A stretch of DNA of 64,000 nt. Origin: the human T2T-CHM13v2.0 reference genome, Homo sapiens. The notes under the pieces are model-generated. The model was not told the origin of the DNA and did no database searches. It saw only the letters and a program-made list of their open reading frames with translations. Of the stretch, positions 12,207-25,020 are shown piece by piece; position 1 is the stretch's first letter, and the number at the start of each line of letters is the position of its first letter. The DNA lies in NCBI RefSeq assembly GCF_009914755.1, contig NC_060944.1, one strand, 5' to 3'. The position numbers were made by a program, and so were the translations under genes.

Positions 12207-12654
12207 CTGCCTTGCAGGGAACAGAGAGTGCTTTCCCTCGGGCTGAGAGAAGAGATCTTTGAGCCCCTGTCTTTGTCCGTTTTGTTCAGCACAGGTTTTG
12301 AAGACCGTTAAGTGTAAGAGAAACATGGGAATCGGGCCCGGATTGCCAAAGGGGCAACATGTTCTCCTCACACCCCCTCTTTCCCCACCTGCAGCTGCTT
12401 CCATCCCGGGCCCTGCTGAAGCTGCCTTTGCTGAAAAGATGTAGGGCACAGCCGCTGGGGTGATAGTGGGAGACGGAAAGGTTGGCTGAGAGGCCTGATT
12501 CCTTCCACGCATCACAACCTGAAAATCGCCAAAGGTCTTCCTTGTTGGGGAGGAGTGAATGGCAGCACCGGAAGCCAAGGCCCCTCACCACCAAGAAGCC
12601 AGCAGCTCATCCCCACCTTCTGGACCAAAGACACGAAGCAGAGGCCAAGCCGAG

Positions 12655-12780
12655 CCAAGGTCAGGACCTGGGGCCACAGTCAAGGTCGGGGCCTGGGGTC
12701 GCGGTCAAGGTCGGGGCCTGGGGTCCCGGTCAATGTCGGGGCCTGGGGTCACGGTCAAGGTCAGAGCCTGGGGCCACAGT
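12655..12780 (+). repeat. 25-bp minisatellite (TCAAGGTCGGGGCCTGGGGTCNCGG-like), 5 copies
   Basis: CAAGGTC/CAATGTC anchors at 12656, 12681, 12706, 12731 and 12756. Confidence 0.88.
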
Positions 12781-13261
12781 GGATTTCCTCCTGTGGGGAT
12801 GTCCTTGACGTCCACAGCTCAGGCCTGAGGGTCTGCCACCGGCTCCAGCAGCTGCCACAGGTGTCCTGGCTCACAGGGTGTCTCTGGCTCAGGGCCGGGG
12901 CTGTCTGCAACTCCCCTCTCCCCTGAGCCCTCTGAGTGGGGCTCCTCAAGCTCTCAGGGGCTCCGCCACACCTGGGCTTCCTGGGGGCTGGGTCCTGCCC
13001 TGCGACGCCTGCCAGGCTCTTTGTAGACAGTTACTGATCTCCCATTGGCTCCGGTTTTGTGGCCTAAGTGCTTCTGGCCCTCCCTCCACACTCCCTGCCT
13101 CTCTGCTGAGTAGTTAATTCACTATAAGCACGCTCCAGAGGAAGTCTCCAGCCTCTTAGTGAAACTGCAGCGATGAATGAGAATGATCGGGCACCCAGGT
13201 CTGCCTCCAAGTCTCGCGGATGGCCCAGAGACCGTGCAGTGGGAAGGTTGGCAGCAAGCTG

Positions 13262-13390
13262 AAGGTTTGAACTCTGGCTGTGCCCCTGCTGCCAGGGGAC
13301 CTCAGGCAAATCATCTTTTTCTCTGGGCCTTGGTTTCCTCAGCTGTGGGGACAGTGCTGGCCCCGAGTCACTGGGCCGTTGTGAGGATGG
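13262..13390. mobile_element. MIR SINE fragment
   Basis: GGTTTGAACTCTGGCT...GACCTCAGGCAAATCA...CTCTGGGCCTTGGTTTCCTCAGCTGT...GTTGTGAGGAT follows the MIR core pattern. Confidence 0.65.
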
Positions 13391-15055
13391 AGAGGGGGTC
13401 GTGCAGGCTCCTGGGTCCTCGCTGAAGCCACCCAGGAGTTCTCCTGCACTCTCAGGGGAGCCCTTGTGCTGACATCTGAGGGTCACGGTTCAGTGGCTTC
13501 AGGGTCCAGACAGGCCCGGAGGCCAGGCCAGATGTGGTGCAGCCAGGGGAGGGGGCAAGCCCCGGGGGCCGTGGGCCATCGGTTCACACCACATCAGGGG
13601 CCGGGAATCCCACTCAGGGTTTAGCCCTAGGCTCCCCCCAGCACCCCCCTCCCAATCCAGAGGACACTCCCAGCCCTGAGCAGCGAGCTCTGGGCAGGCA
13701 TCGGGAGAGGGAGCGCATCTCGGCTCTTTGTGAGGAATTACGTCCCGACAGGTCACTGACACAGAAAAGCCCTTTGTCCCAGCCAGCTGGCCGCCTGCTA
13801 ATGACATCCAGCCTGCACCTTCCAAGGCCACCTCTGCATCCAGAAAGGACAGTGGCGGCTCCAGCCGGGGAGGAACAAGGGCCACAGCTTCCCTGGGGTC
13901 AGGGGTGGGGAGGGTGGGTGAAGGCTCCGGACGCTTCTGCACGTTGCCCCAGAGCTGCGGACGGACCTCAGGTGACCGTCAAGACCTGCTGCGGATCCAG
14001 TGACCCCTCCAAGGAGAGTGCCGAGTCCTGGGAATTCTCTTCCTCCTCCTGCACCTCCAGGTCACCTTGCCCTCTCCCGTGTTCCCCAGCCAGACCCCCA
14101 GTAGAGAGGAGACCCCTGCAGTTGTGGATGTGGCTTTCCCCAGTGTCCACGAGACCCCTGGAGCCTGGCCCCTCTGGGCCCGTAGAAGCTCCCATGAGAT
14201 TCTGATGCACAGCGAGGGCCTGAGCCCCGGGCCAGCTCTTGGGGGCAGCCCTGGGCTCCCATGTAGGTTTCATCACACCACACTGTGGCCCTCACACCCT
14301 GCCCTCTGGCTGCCCCTCCTCCCTAGGACATGTACCCCGAGCCCACCTCAGCCTCCCCGGGCATATCAGGGCCCCACTTTCTGGGGTATGTGTGAGCCAC
14401 GGGACCTCGAGTCAGGAGATCCAGGCCTAGGCCTGATTCTGCCCCCTCCAGGTTCAGGACCCTGGGCAAGTCCTCCCACCCATCTTAGCCCAGCCTCCCC
14501 ACCCATAAAATTTGGGTTGCTTGTCCCGGCTCTGAGGCTTTGAGAGCAGGGCTGTCTCTAACCGAGGGAGGGTGCTGCAAACTCCAGAAGGCCCCCGTCC
14601 CAGGGAACAGCGGGGGGAACTGTCAGAGAAGCGACCCCTGGACCAGCACCCTGAGTGGGCTTTCTTCTCCTCCCCACCCTGCTGAGACCACCCAAACCTT
14701 GTTAAGATCAAAGGTTCCCTGGGGAGCCACACGGGCCATGCTGGACACTCCCTGCCAGACTTTCCGGAACAATTCCTGGGGACCCGTGTCCCACAAACAC
14801 CAGCTGGAAAAGGCAGCAACGTGGGGTCTCCCTCCCCCTCAGCCAAAGTGAACTGTGTCAGCAGGTGTCTCCCAGCTGCTGAGAATGAGCCAAGGGACCA
14901 AGATGGCCGCCTGGCTCCTGCAAGTGGAGAGGGTCTTGCTGGGGCCTGAACTGGCTGAGGTCTTGCAGCAGGTGAGGAAGCCCTGGACAGTCCTGGCCTC
15001 TCCACCAAAGCAGAATGGCTGCAGGCCTGGAGGCACAAAGCAGGGATCATTTTCC

Positions 15056-15452
15056 TGTGTGTACACGGGATGTGTGTACATGGGATGTGTGTGTGTGGGA
15101 TGCGTGTACGTGGGATATGTGTCTGTGGGATGTGTGTACGTGGGATGTGTGTGTGCAGGATGTGTGTGTGCGTGAGATGTATGTGTGCAGGGTGTGGGTG
15201 CACCAGGCTTGTAGATGCATGCACAGGGTACGTGTGCACAGACGTGTGTGTGTGCATGGACTGTTTCATGAGATGTATATGTATACAGGGTGTGTGTGTG
15301 CAGGTGGTACATGCTTCATGAGATGTGCCGTGTGTATGTGCGCACAGGATGTGTGTGCAGTGTGTATGTGTGCATGGGGCGTGTGTACACAGGGCTTGTA
15401 TATGCACAAACGGTGTGTGCACGTGTGCATGGGGCATGTGTGTGCACAGGAG
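15056..15452 (+). repeat. Degenerate (TG)-rich low-complexity tract
   Basis: TGTG/CATG/TGCA-rich alternating purine-pyrimidine sequence. Confidence 0.9.
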
Positions 15453-18087
15453 CATGTTTTCACAAGCATGAGTGTGACAGTCACCTGCTGACAGGCGGCC
15501 TCACCCTCTGCTCACCCTGCCCACCCGGACCCAGGGCCTCTCTCATTTACCCCAACATCCCCTGCCCAGCTCTTCTGCCTGGGAGGGTCCTGTGCAGAGG
15601 GGGGTGGCCCACACGTCCGCAGCCTCAGCCTCTCCATGTTGTTATCCCTGGATCTGGGGGTGGGACCCCCACAGCACTGCCTTTTTCAGCCTGTGGTTAT
15701 GGGGACTCAGGTCCCCAGGCCCAGGGGCTAATTTCAGAGGGAGAGGTTTCCTTTGCCAGGCAATTGGATTTTCACATCAGCACATTCCTCTGAAAGTGGG
15801 GGCAGAGGGTGGGCTTCATCCCCACAGCCGCTAGGGGTCCTTGGGCATCCTCAGGCTCTGCCTCCCAGCACCGGGTACCCCAGGCTTCTGAGGCCGGGTG
15901 GGGAACTTGCAGCCTGCAACTCGGGCACCTCTTGTAATGTCGGGAAACCGGGGCACCGCTCAGTCACACGTGGCCGAGTGCAGGACACCTGAACGCCTGC
16001 TGCCAGGCCTGCCCTCCCGGGGCAGTGTCAATGCCGAGTCTGGGACCCTGCCCGCCTGCTGAGCGGTGCACCCAGTTCTCCAGGAGCTCAGTTCTTCCTC
16101 CATGCAGTGCCTCCTCCCACCTGTCCCTCCTCAGCCCTGCCCTCCCCAGCACTCAAGTCAAGACCAAGACCACACCTCAGCCAACCCCTCCTCATTCCCA
16201 GCCCCACCCACCCTCCTGGACTCGTGTGGGGCCAGCACCGCCACAAGTGTGCCCCACGCCAGAGTCCCCTCATGCCCTGGCCCCAGCTGGGGGCCCACAG
16301 CGAGCCTCCCGGCAGCCTGGTCTCCTTCCTTACAGGAAGGGGACGCTGGACACTTAGCCCCCTACAGGGAGCCCAGAGCCAGGCCTGGGTGAAGGTGCCT
16401 TTGGGAGGAGGTGGAGGAGTGTAACGATTGGGACCCAGCTGGACAGGTCCCTGTGAGCCGGCCTGGGTCCTTGGTGGGTGGGTGAGTGCCAGCTTGCCCT
16501 CACGGGACTTTGCCCCCTGAGCAGGAGGGACAGCTCAGGCCCCACCTGCCTTGGGCTTCTGAGCATAGCTTTGGGGGGCAGGGGTCGTTTGCAGCACGAA
16601 GCCCTTGTCAGCTTCCAGCGTGTTCTAACATTTGTCATACCAGATGGATTGTCACGAGCATATGGCGTGACATTATTATTCTGTTACTCCCATGATGACA
16701 GAGCCAAGGGCTGGGGAGACGGACCCATTTCAGCCTGACCCAGCCCAGGGCCCTTCTCTACCCTCACAGCTTCTTGATGCCCCATTCCCCAAACCCGGGC
16801 CCCCAATGCCCCCGCCCCACCCCCGGGAGAAGAGCCCAGCCGCGCCGGAGGGTGGAGAGTTCTGTCAACCAGTGCCGTTTCCTTATCAACAAGGACATGT
16901 CTACAAATAGCTCATCACGTCTCCAATCCAGAAGTGCTGTGTCGTTTCAAAAATGAGCGGAGCCAACGCAGCCACCAGCCAGGCCTCGGCTACCTGGGCA
17001 AGGCTGCCGGCTCATGAATATTCACGGCTCCGATGGTGTCTCTGAGCCTCCTAACCATCTGGAATTAAACCAACGAGCTTCCCCTCATGGGCTGCACTCA
17101 CTTGACTTTCAGCTCCTCTCCAAATCGTTCTCTTCCTCGCAGCAGATGGGGGTGTGGGGCGGCCTCGACCCTCCTCTGTGTCTGGGCTGTTGTGGCACCA
17201 GCACCTTTGCCCCAGTTCCCCGTCTCTTAAGCGCTCAACATGCGTCTGCCCCGTTCTCAGGGAGGCCTGGACCCTGTCCCAGCCCTGGTGGGGATAATTA
17301 CCCTGACGCTCGTTTGCAGCGTTTAATTTGCTTCCTCCGCGCTGGAAGCCCACGTTTGGTGATGTATGTGTTATGATGGCCACGTGTCCTTCCCCCATCA
17401 GCGACGGGGTCTGGGGAGGCCGGGGAGGCTCCTCATTACGCTCCCAGCACAAAGCCCAATCACAGACATCGCACACGGATACACTAGACCCTGCCTGCGG
17501 GGAGAGTGGCTGCCAGCCGGGGCACCCAGACGTCCCTGCGTGCCCTGTGCTGGCGCAAGGCAGCTCTTCCGTGCCTCCGTGGTGCCTGCGGTGAGGCTGC
17601 CTGGGACCCCCCTGTAGATGCTGCCACCAGGGTCTGCTCCAAGGAACGGGGAGAATGGGCTTGTGGTGCTGGGGCCTTGTGTGGGGTGAGACGCTTCAGA
17701 CCGGAAGGGTGGGTGGCCTGGAGCTGCTCTGTCTCCAGGCACTGACCACAGCATGCACCTCTGATAGGTCCAGGAGAAGTGTGGCAGGGTTGGGCGCAGC
17801 CACCTATGAGCCCCTGAACCTCCCCAGGCCGTCGGATCTCACTTCAGAGTGGCCTGGGCATGGCCTCAGGTTAGGTCAGGTGAAGACTCTATTCCTGGCT
17901 CAGGAAAACCACCAGGACAGGTGAGCCCAGCAGCATCTCGTGGAGGGAGGCTCTGAGTCCCGTGAGGACAAGGACGGAACACCGGGGCTGCCACAGGTCG
18001 CAGAGACCCTGTGTCAACACCCTTGTTTTGAGGTGCAGAGACCAAAGTTGAGACCTGGCCATGCAGCAGGTCTGCAGGGACCTCAGA

Positions 18088-18383
18088 GCCCAGGGCCACT
18101 GTCCTGTCCCCAGCCCCATTAAACGCCCAGGGCCACTGTCCTGTCCCCAGCCCCATTAAACGCCCAGGGCCACTGTCCTGTCCCCAGCCCCATTAAACGC
18201 CCAGGGCCACTGTCCTGTCCCCAGCCCCATTAAACGCCCAGGGCCACTGGCCTGTCCCCAGCCCCATTAAACGCCCAGGGCCACTGTCCTGTCCCCAGCC
18301 CCATTAAACGCCCAGGGCCACTGGCCTGTCCCCAGCCCCATTAAATGCCCAGGGCCACTGTCCTGTCCCCAGTCTCATTAAAC
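18088..18383 (+). repeat. 37-bp minisatellite GCCCAGGGCCACTGTCCTGTCCCCAGCCCCATTAAAC, 8 copies
   Basis: Exact period 37 with near-identical copies, each carrying ATTAAA. Confidence 0.96.
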
Positions 18384-19574
18384 GCAGCAAACGTCTTCTG
18401 GACGTGCCGCCAGTCCCACAGAAAACCAAAGCAAGGCAGACTCACCGCTCCTGCATCCCGGAGCTCAGGTCCAGGAGGGTCTCGGGAAAGGATGGGGGCA
18501 ACTGGAGTACCATCCTAAAGCCGTCTCAGCCCCAGGGGGCCGCAGGGGTCTACCCTGTCTTCTCTCTTGCAGGTGTGTGGTTGGTTCTAGAAGATGCTGA
18601 GCCCCCCCCCGCGCACTCGTCCCCACCTGCCTGGCCCCAGCACATCTGGCTGATTCTCATTCAGGCCTTGAATGAAAGGCCATCTTCCCAAGAGTCCTCC
18701 CTGACTCCCCTCTCACGGGACAGGTCCCTCCTGTTCCCCGCCATGGAGACTGTTGGTTAACTCTCGCCCCAGCCGACTGAAGGGCCCAGGAGGGCCGCAC
18801 CTGCCTTGGCCACTCCAGACCCGCCACCCAGTGCAGACCCACCACCTAGGGCAGCGCCTCCACCCAGGGCAGACCTATTACCCAGGGCAGAGCCTCGGGC
18901 ATGGCTGAAGGCAGGAAGGGCTGAGGATGAGCGTGGGTGGTGAGAAAAGGCCTCTGGACGGCAAGGACTTAGACGTGGTTCCAGGTGTGCACACGGGCAA
19001 CAGCTGGGGGCCTTGGGCCCCCGCAGGCCTGATGGAGGAACCCCGCTTTGGTTAAGGCTTAAAGGAGGCGCACGGGACTGACTCTTCCTATGGAAAATCC
19101 TGCACAGGGAGATCAAATCCCAGCCTCCCAGAGGGAAGCCCCGTGCCGGCTGTGAGCTGCCCGCAGCTGCCTGACCCTAATCTTCTCCAATGAAGTGGCT
19201 CTGAGAGGTTTTGTGGTCAGTATCAGTTCTGTCTTTGATTTCAGCGCCTGGTCTGGACAGCAGGAGGAAGAGCTCAGAGACAGCTTCCTCCAGTGTCTCG
19301 GGGTGCAGCCGGGAGGAGCTGCCTCGCCCCTGCCTCTGCCTCTGACTCCCTGCCCTGCCGCCTGGCTCTCACCTGCAGCCCAAGAGTCCAGGCCTGGGCC
19401 CTAGAGTCGCTCTGGCCCACGGGAGGGGCACACCCGGGTCCCGCCCAGCACCACTAAAAGAGCCTGTTCAGAGACGTGGGCCGTCGCCCCTGCTCCTGCT
19501 GGAACGTGCAGCCCAGAGCCCCCACAAGCACCTCGTGCTGCCTCCCTCTTTGTGATCCCCCAGCCCAGCCCTCA

Positions 19575-19800
19575 GTTGTACCCCAGGGGAAACTGAGTCC
19601 CTGCCTGGTAAATGTGCAGCAACACAGCCACAGCAGGCTCAGCTCGGCACAGGCACAGCCAGGGTGGGCTCGGTCCAGCCTCGGCGCCTCCCCGGGTTCT
19701 GGTGCTCAGGCAGTTTCCTCCACCTACATGAGCCCCGACTTTCTCATCCGTAGAGTGGGACGAACAACGCCCAGTGCTCAGTGTGATATTAGAAGAGCCC
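19575..19800. mobile_element. MIR fragments (probably two, in opposite orientation)
   Basis: CAGGGGAAACTGAGTCCC... and TGAGCCCCGACTTTCTCATCCGTAGAGTGGG... are both MIR-like cores. Confidence 0.5.
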
Positions 19801-21217
19801 AAGACAGTGGAGGGCTCAGCACAGATGCCCCCATCCGTCCGCAGAATCGCGCTGAGAGCAGCTCCTTCAAGGGAGCCCGGGACGTCCCGGGGAAGCCACC
19901 CTCAGTGACTGGCCCCAGACAAAGGCTGAACGGGCCGGGCTGGGCTGAGGGACACTGCCGGGGACTCGGGTAGGAAGAAGCCCAGGGCTGAAGGTCAAGG
20001 CCACTGCAAGGCCCCAGGCTCAGGGGAGAGTGGGGACACAGGACCCATCCTCCTCACCTCAGGCTGGTCCTTTTCGCTCCCATGTGAAGGCACCATTGCC
20101 AGGCCAATGCTGGTCACTCTGTGATGACCAGGTTGGAGAAAAGCTGAGAACCCCAAGTATTGGGCAAATGCAGACTCTTGTGTCTTCAAACCAGAGGACA
20201 TTTAACCCTAAGTCAAGAGGCCGGCTTCTTCCAGGAGTCCCCTCCCTGGGCATTGCCTGGAAATGAGGGGCCGATGGATTGTCAGGCCACACACCTGAGG
20301 GGAAGGGAGCAGTCGGGGCAACACCCTGGCAGGACACTGGCTCAGGATGGAGGGAGGAGGGTCTCAGAGTAGCAGGCTCAGGCAGACAGCTCACTCATCC
20401 CTGCCTCCAGCGCCCTCGCCCCTTACGCATCAAACTTCCGGTTAATGAACAACCTCCACACTGGGGAAACTGCTAATTAAGGTGGCTGCACTTTGGCTTC
20501 TGGCTTAGTTAGCTGCAACACCCCCAGTGCCCGCAGGAACTCTTTTCTCTCTCCCACAGAGACGCCTGGGAGGCTGAGCCCAGGCAGTCACCATGGTCGG
20601 GTCCTGTATCTCCTTCGGACTCCGGAGGCATGGGCGGCGTTCCACCTCCCACCAAGCTGATGGGGCAGAGATACTTCCCCTCAAAGAGATGCACGATTTT
20701 AACAGGCTCTCTGTGCAAGCCATACTGGCTGGATGCAACCTCTAGGGAGGAGGTGGGCAGGTGGGGGGCAGTCAGGGCCCCACCACCTCCCTGCGCCCCT
20801 GGAGACAGCTCCCAGGCTCCCCCACTCCCTGCACCCCTAGAGACAGTGCCCAGCGTCTCACCAGAGGTGCCATCTCAGCAGCACATGACAAGGGCATAAG
20901 GTCACGGCTTCCCTAGCCCCCAGGATGCGTCCCAGGGTTGGACAGGGCTCACCCTCACCTAAGGTTTGGGACTCACCTGGTGTCCACTCTGGAGTCAGCT
21001 GACCCGGCCCAGCCCTGAGGTCTCTCCTCCACCTGTCTGGCTCCAGGACAGTGATGGGCATTGCAGGCCGCTCTGTCAGGTGGCGTTTCTAACCTTGTTC
21101 TATCCACAGAACTCGTCTTCAAAAAAAGTTTACATGACAGAACCATTTAGAAGAAAAAAAGCAGAGAGGCCTTGGTTGAGGTTTTGGTGGCTCTGAGTCA
21201 GATCCACCGGCCTGAAC

Positions 21218-21835
21218 TCCACCAGCCCTGCACCCCAGCAGCCCTGTACCCCATCAGCCCTGCACCCCACCAGCCCTGCACCCCATCAGCCCTGTACCCC
21301 ATCAGCCCTGCACCCCACTTCCCACCAGCATTGCACCCCACCGCCCACCAGCTCTGCACCCCACCCCTACCATCCCTGCATCCCAGCAGCCCTGTACCCC
21401 ATCAGTCGTGCACCCCATCAACCCTGCACCCCACCAGCCCTATACCCCATCAGCCCTGTACCCCATCAGCCCTCTACCCCATCAGCCTTGTACCCCATCA
21501 GCCCTATACCCCAGCAGCCCTGCACCCCACCCCCCATGAGCCCTGCACCCCACACCCCACCAGCTCTGCACCCCACAATCCCTGAACCCCACCATCCCTG
21601 CACCCCAGCAGCCCTGTATCCCACCAGCACTGTACCCCACCGCCTACCACCTCTGCACCCCCAACCCGCCCTATGCCCCACCACCCTTGCACCCCCACCA
21701 ACCCTGCAACCCCATCACCCCTGTATCCTCCAGTCAGCCCTGTATCCCACCCCACCACCCCCACACCCCCACCAGCCCTGTACCCCCACCAGTCCCGCAC
21801 CCCCCACCAGCCCTGCACTCCAGCCCCAGCCCCCT
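21218..21835 (+). repeat. C-rich ~16-bp minisatellite (CAGCCCTG(C/T)ACCCCA(C/T))
   Basis: More than 30 degenerate tandem copies. Confidence 0.92.
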
Positions 21836-24800
21836 GCGCAGACTCCGAGGCATTTCCCAGGAACCCCAGATTCCAGGAAGCACCGTTCAGAAACTGCCCG
21901 CTCTGCTCATGTCCGTAACTCAGATCTTTTGTTAATTTTCTCAGCAACAAGTGATAACTCAACCATTTCTGGGGAGAAGATACTCCCAGGTTCACTGATT
22001 TTTCTCTTCGTACACTTTTCTTTTAATGATTTTTTAATTCCGTGGGTAAAACACGAATAGGTTTTCCTTGGAAAAGAGTTCAAAGCAGCCAGACAAAGGG
22101 AACTTCCCATGACGGCTGCCCAGTCCCTGCTGCAGAGGAAGCCGGGGGTGCCCGGGGATGCCCCTCCCTCCTCACTGCTTTCCCACACCAGAGTGGGGGT
22201 GTTGAGGTCGGGGGGAGCCCAGGAGCGGAGGTATGAGGTGCGGTTCCCCACCCTGAAAGTACACAAGGGCCTGCATGGGAGCTGCTGGCCTTTGCAGGCT
22301 CGTCGGCACCAGCTTGGGTCAGCAGTCTGGGCAGAGGCCACACAGCCTGGACCCCTCAGGACAGTTTCCCTGGAAGAGAGGTTCCTGTTTTCACCCTTGA
22401 CTCACAGTTCAGAGGCCAAGCAAACAAAGTGCCTGTGGCAGGTGCATCAGCAGCTCACATCCAGGGTGCCCCTGCCTGGGCTCGGTGCCAAGGCCTCTGG
22501 GAGACCCCTCTCCGTGCAGCCCCCAGGGTCACGGTCTACGGGCTGTCAGGCGCCTGCTCTGAGGACACCTCAACCTGGGGATGCCAGGGGCACACCTCTG
22601 CCCCCAGCCACTCTGGTAGAAGGGCCGCTGAGGAGCTCCACCAGGGGAAAGCCCCTCACCGTGGACCTCCCCGACCTGGGTGGGCTGGCGAGTGGCTTTG
22701 CCTGGGAGAAATAAAGGCTCTGGGTGTAGACACAGCAGGGGAGCTGGTGGACCCACCGCAGAGCCCCCGGGCGACCACCGGGGCCGAGGACCTGGGTTCC
22801 CCCGCCATCCCTCCTTGGGGGGTGGGGACAGAGGGAGCCCCCATTTGGCTCATCTGGGGAGCTCAGTTCTTTGGCCCTTGGTCTGGGGTGACAGCCGGGG
22901 GCACCCAGGCCCCTCCAGCTCGGAGCTGCACCAGGGACGGGTGCGTCCGGAGGGAGCATCAGCAGCCAGTCACGGTAGTGGCTTCGCCTCTGCACATCCA
23001 GATCAGGGAGAAGAGGGAAAGGCTTCCATCCCACGGTTGGCTTTGCCGAGACGTTTCTAAATAAACGAGCTTTGCGGGGCGGCAGGTTGATGCATCTGGA
23101 GTGTGGGGTCTCCTCCAGCTTCCGGAGCACACGCCTCCCACCGCACCGCCACCTCCCCGGCTCTGAGAGGAAAACTCATTCATCTTTCAACACTTCATCC
23201 CCGGCGAGACCCTCCGGGCCCATCCCCCACCCCGAATAGCCTGTGTGTGTTTCCATAGCAACCTGCACGTGCCTCTGTGGGTCACATTTCATGAGGCCGT
23301 GAGCTCTTTGAAGGCACGGCCTTTACTTGAATCATTCACAGGGTGCAGAGTGGACGGGTGAACCATGACCCTAAGCCAGCCTGGGGGGCAGGTGAGCCAG
23401 CTCCCTCCCATGCCATTCTCTGGACCATAGCTCATGCACCCCGATTGCGTCTTACCGTCATTTGACAGACAGAGGCCAAGGCCCACAGAAAGGGGGCCCT
23501 CCCCTTCAGCAGCAGGGAGACGGCGGTCATGCTGGCCCGAGACAGGACGCCCCTCCTGGGGAGACGGAGCTCTGCAGACGGGAAAAGCCAGCTGCCCCCC
23601 TGCACACCGGGGTGCGGGGCAGCCCTGCTTCCTTGGAACAAAGGCTGCACTTGCAGAAGTAGCTCAGACTTTCACCTGCTTCAAACCCTGGGCCGTCTTC
23701 TGGTCTCAAGGCCAGGAGGCAGGGCCCACCGTCTGCTCCCTCCTGCTGGATGGAGCCTGGGGAAGCTGAGGATAATGGGGGCGTGGGGAGGGCTTCTGAG
23801 CCCCCGTGCTGAGCAGCAACACCAACCCTCCCAGTGCTGGTGAGAATTCCGGAGCAGCTGGTTTACTCCGTCTGGCAGGCGTTTCCCTCCCAACAGCAAA
23901 GCATCCCGGGCTTCTAGCATCTACCTTGTAAATATCAAGGGCATTGCAGGGAAGCTGAGCTGGCACTGGTGAGCTGACGTCAGCAAAGGGTCAGCCCCGG
24001 GGCCGGGGGTGTGATGGCACAGCTGTGGCCCAGCCCTGGGGGCTTCATCGCTGCTGAGTACCTCGCAGTGCGGGAATCGAAAAAGCCTCCTCCCTCGGCA
24101 TCGAGCTGTTCTTGCCCCAGAGACATCTGAACAACGAGTATTGTTTCAGATACACACAGGCACTATGTTTCAATTTTTGATAGTAAAACCATTATTTCTG
24201 ATGCCCATTTCTCACCCCACAGAAATTACTGGAATTTATCTGCATTAGGAAATAAGGAACGGGGACCGGGCCTGGCCAGCCTCTATTACCCTGTGCCTTA
24301 ATTAATTAATTCATTCATTCTTCATCAAACTGTCACTCCTCTCCCACCACCTTCCAGCCAACACTTGGCAAAGTGCAATGGGACAGCCGTGCCACGAGGA
24401 CGTCTTCTGGGTGGGCTGTGGGGTCGCGGGGCTCTGACCCGAAGCTGCACGCTTGTAGGAGTGGAAGCTGTTAGGAGCTGAAGCCAGGGGGCCTTGCTCA
24501 AGGCCTGGCCTCCTCTGTGTGACAGAGCTATCCAAGGTGCTGACTTTACCTGCTCCCCAGGATGAGCAGCTCTGAGGGTCACCCAGGGAAGGGAGTGGGG
24601 GACAGTCTGAGGTGGAAGACACAGGGAGTGGGGGAAGGGGGTGCGTGCACACAAAACAGCAACTCCAGCCTCCCAAAACCACCCTCCGCCTTGTGCTCCG
24701 GGGCCCCCCATTCACCCCCGCTGCGTGGTACCCTCCTTTAGGGCTGTGCCTGCACTGTGCTGTGTCCACACTGAAATTTGCTCACAGCTGGCCCTCCACA

Positions 24801-25020
24801 CGGATCTGCTGTTGGATACTCTGTGTTATTCCAGCTTCAATTTTCAAAGAAAAGGAGGGGCCTTTCTTCATCTGCTCAAAAATTAGACTCAAACCCACAC
24901 GTCCAGTGTCCACTCAGGCTCCTTCTGCATTTTTTCCATGATCTGTTCCCTTGATTGTGTCGAAGGCAGGGGGAGGGAGAGGCCAGCATGTAACCAGACT
25001 GGATCACCCAACGGTGAAGG

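Noticed and set aside
18088-18383. CRISPR-like appearance of the 28-45 bp periodic arrays (also 25632-25799, 55372-55638, 60957-61243)
   Set aside because: The units are head-to-tail with no unique spacers, there are no cas genes, and the context is human. These are minisatellites.
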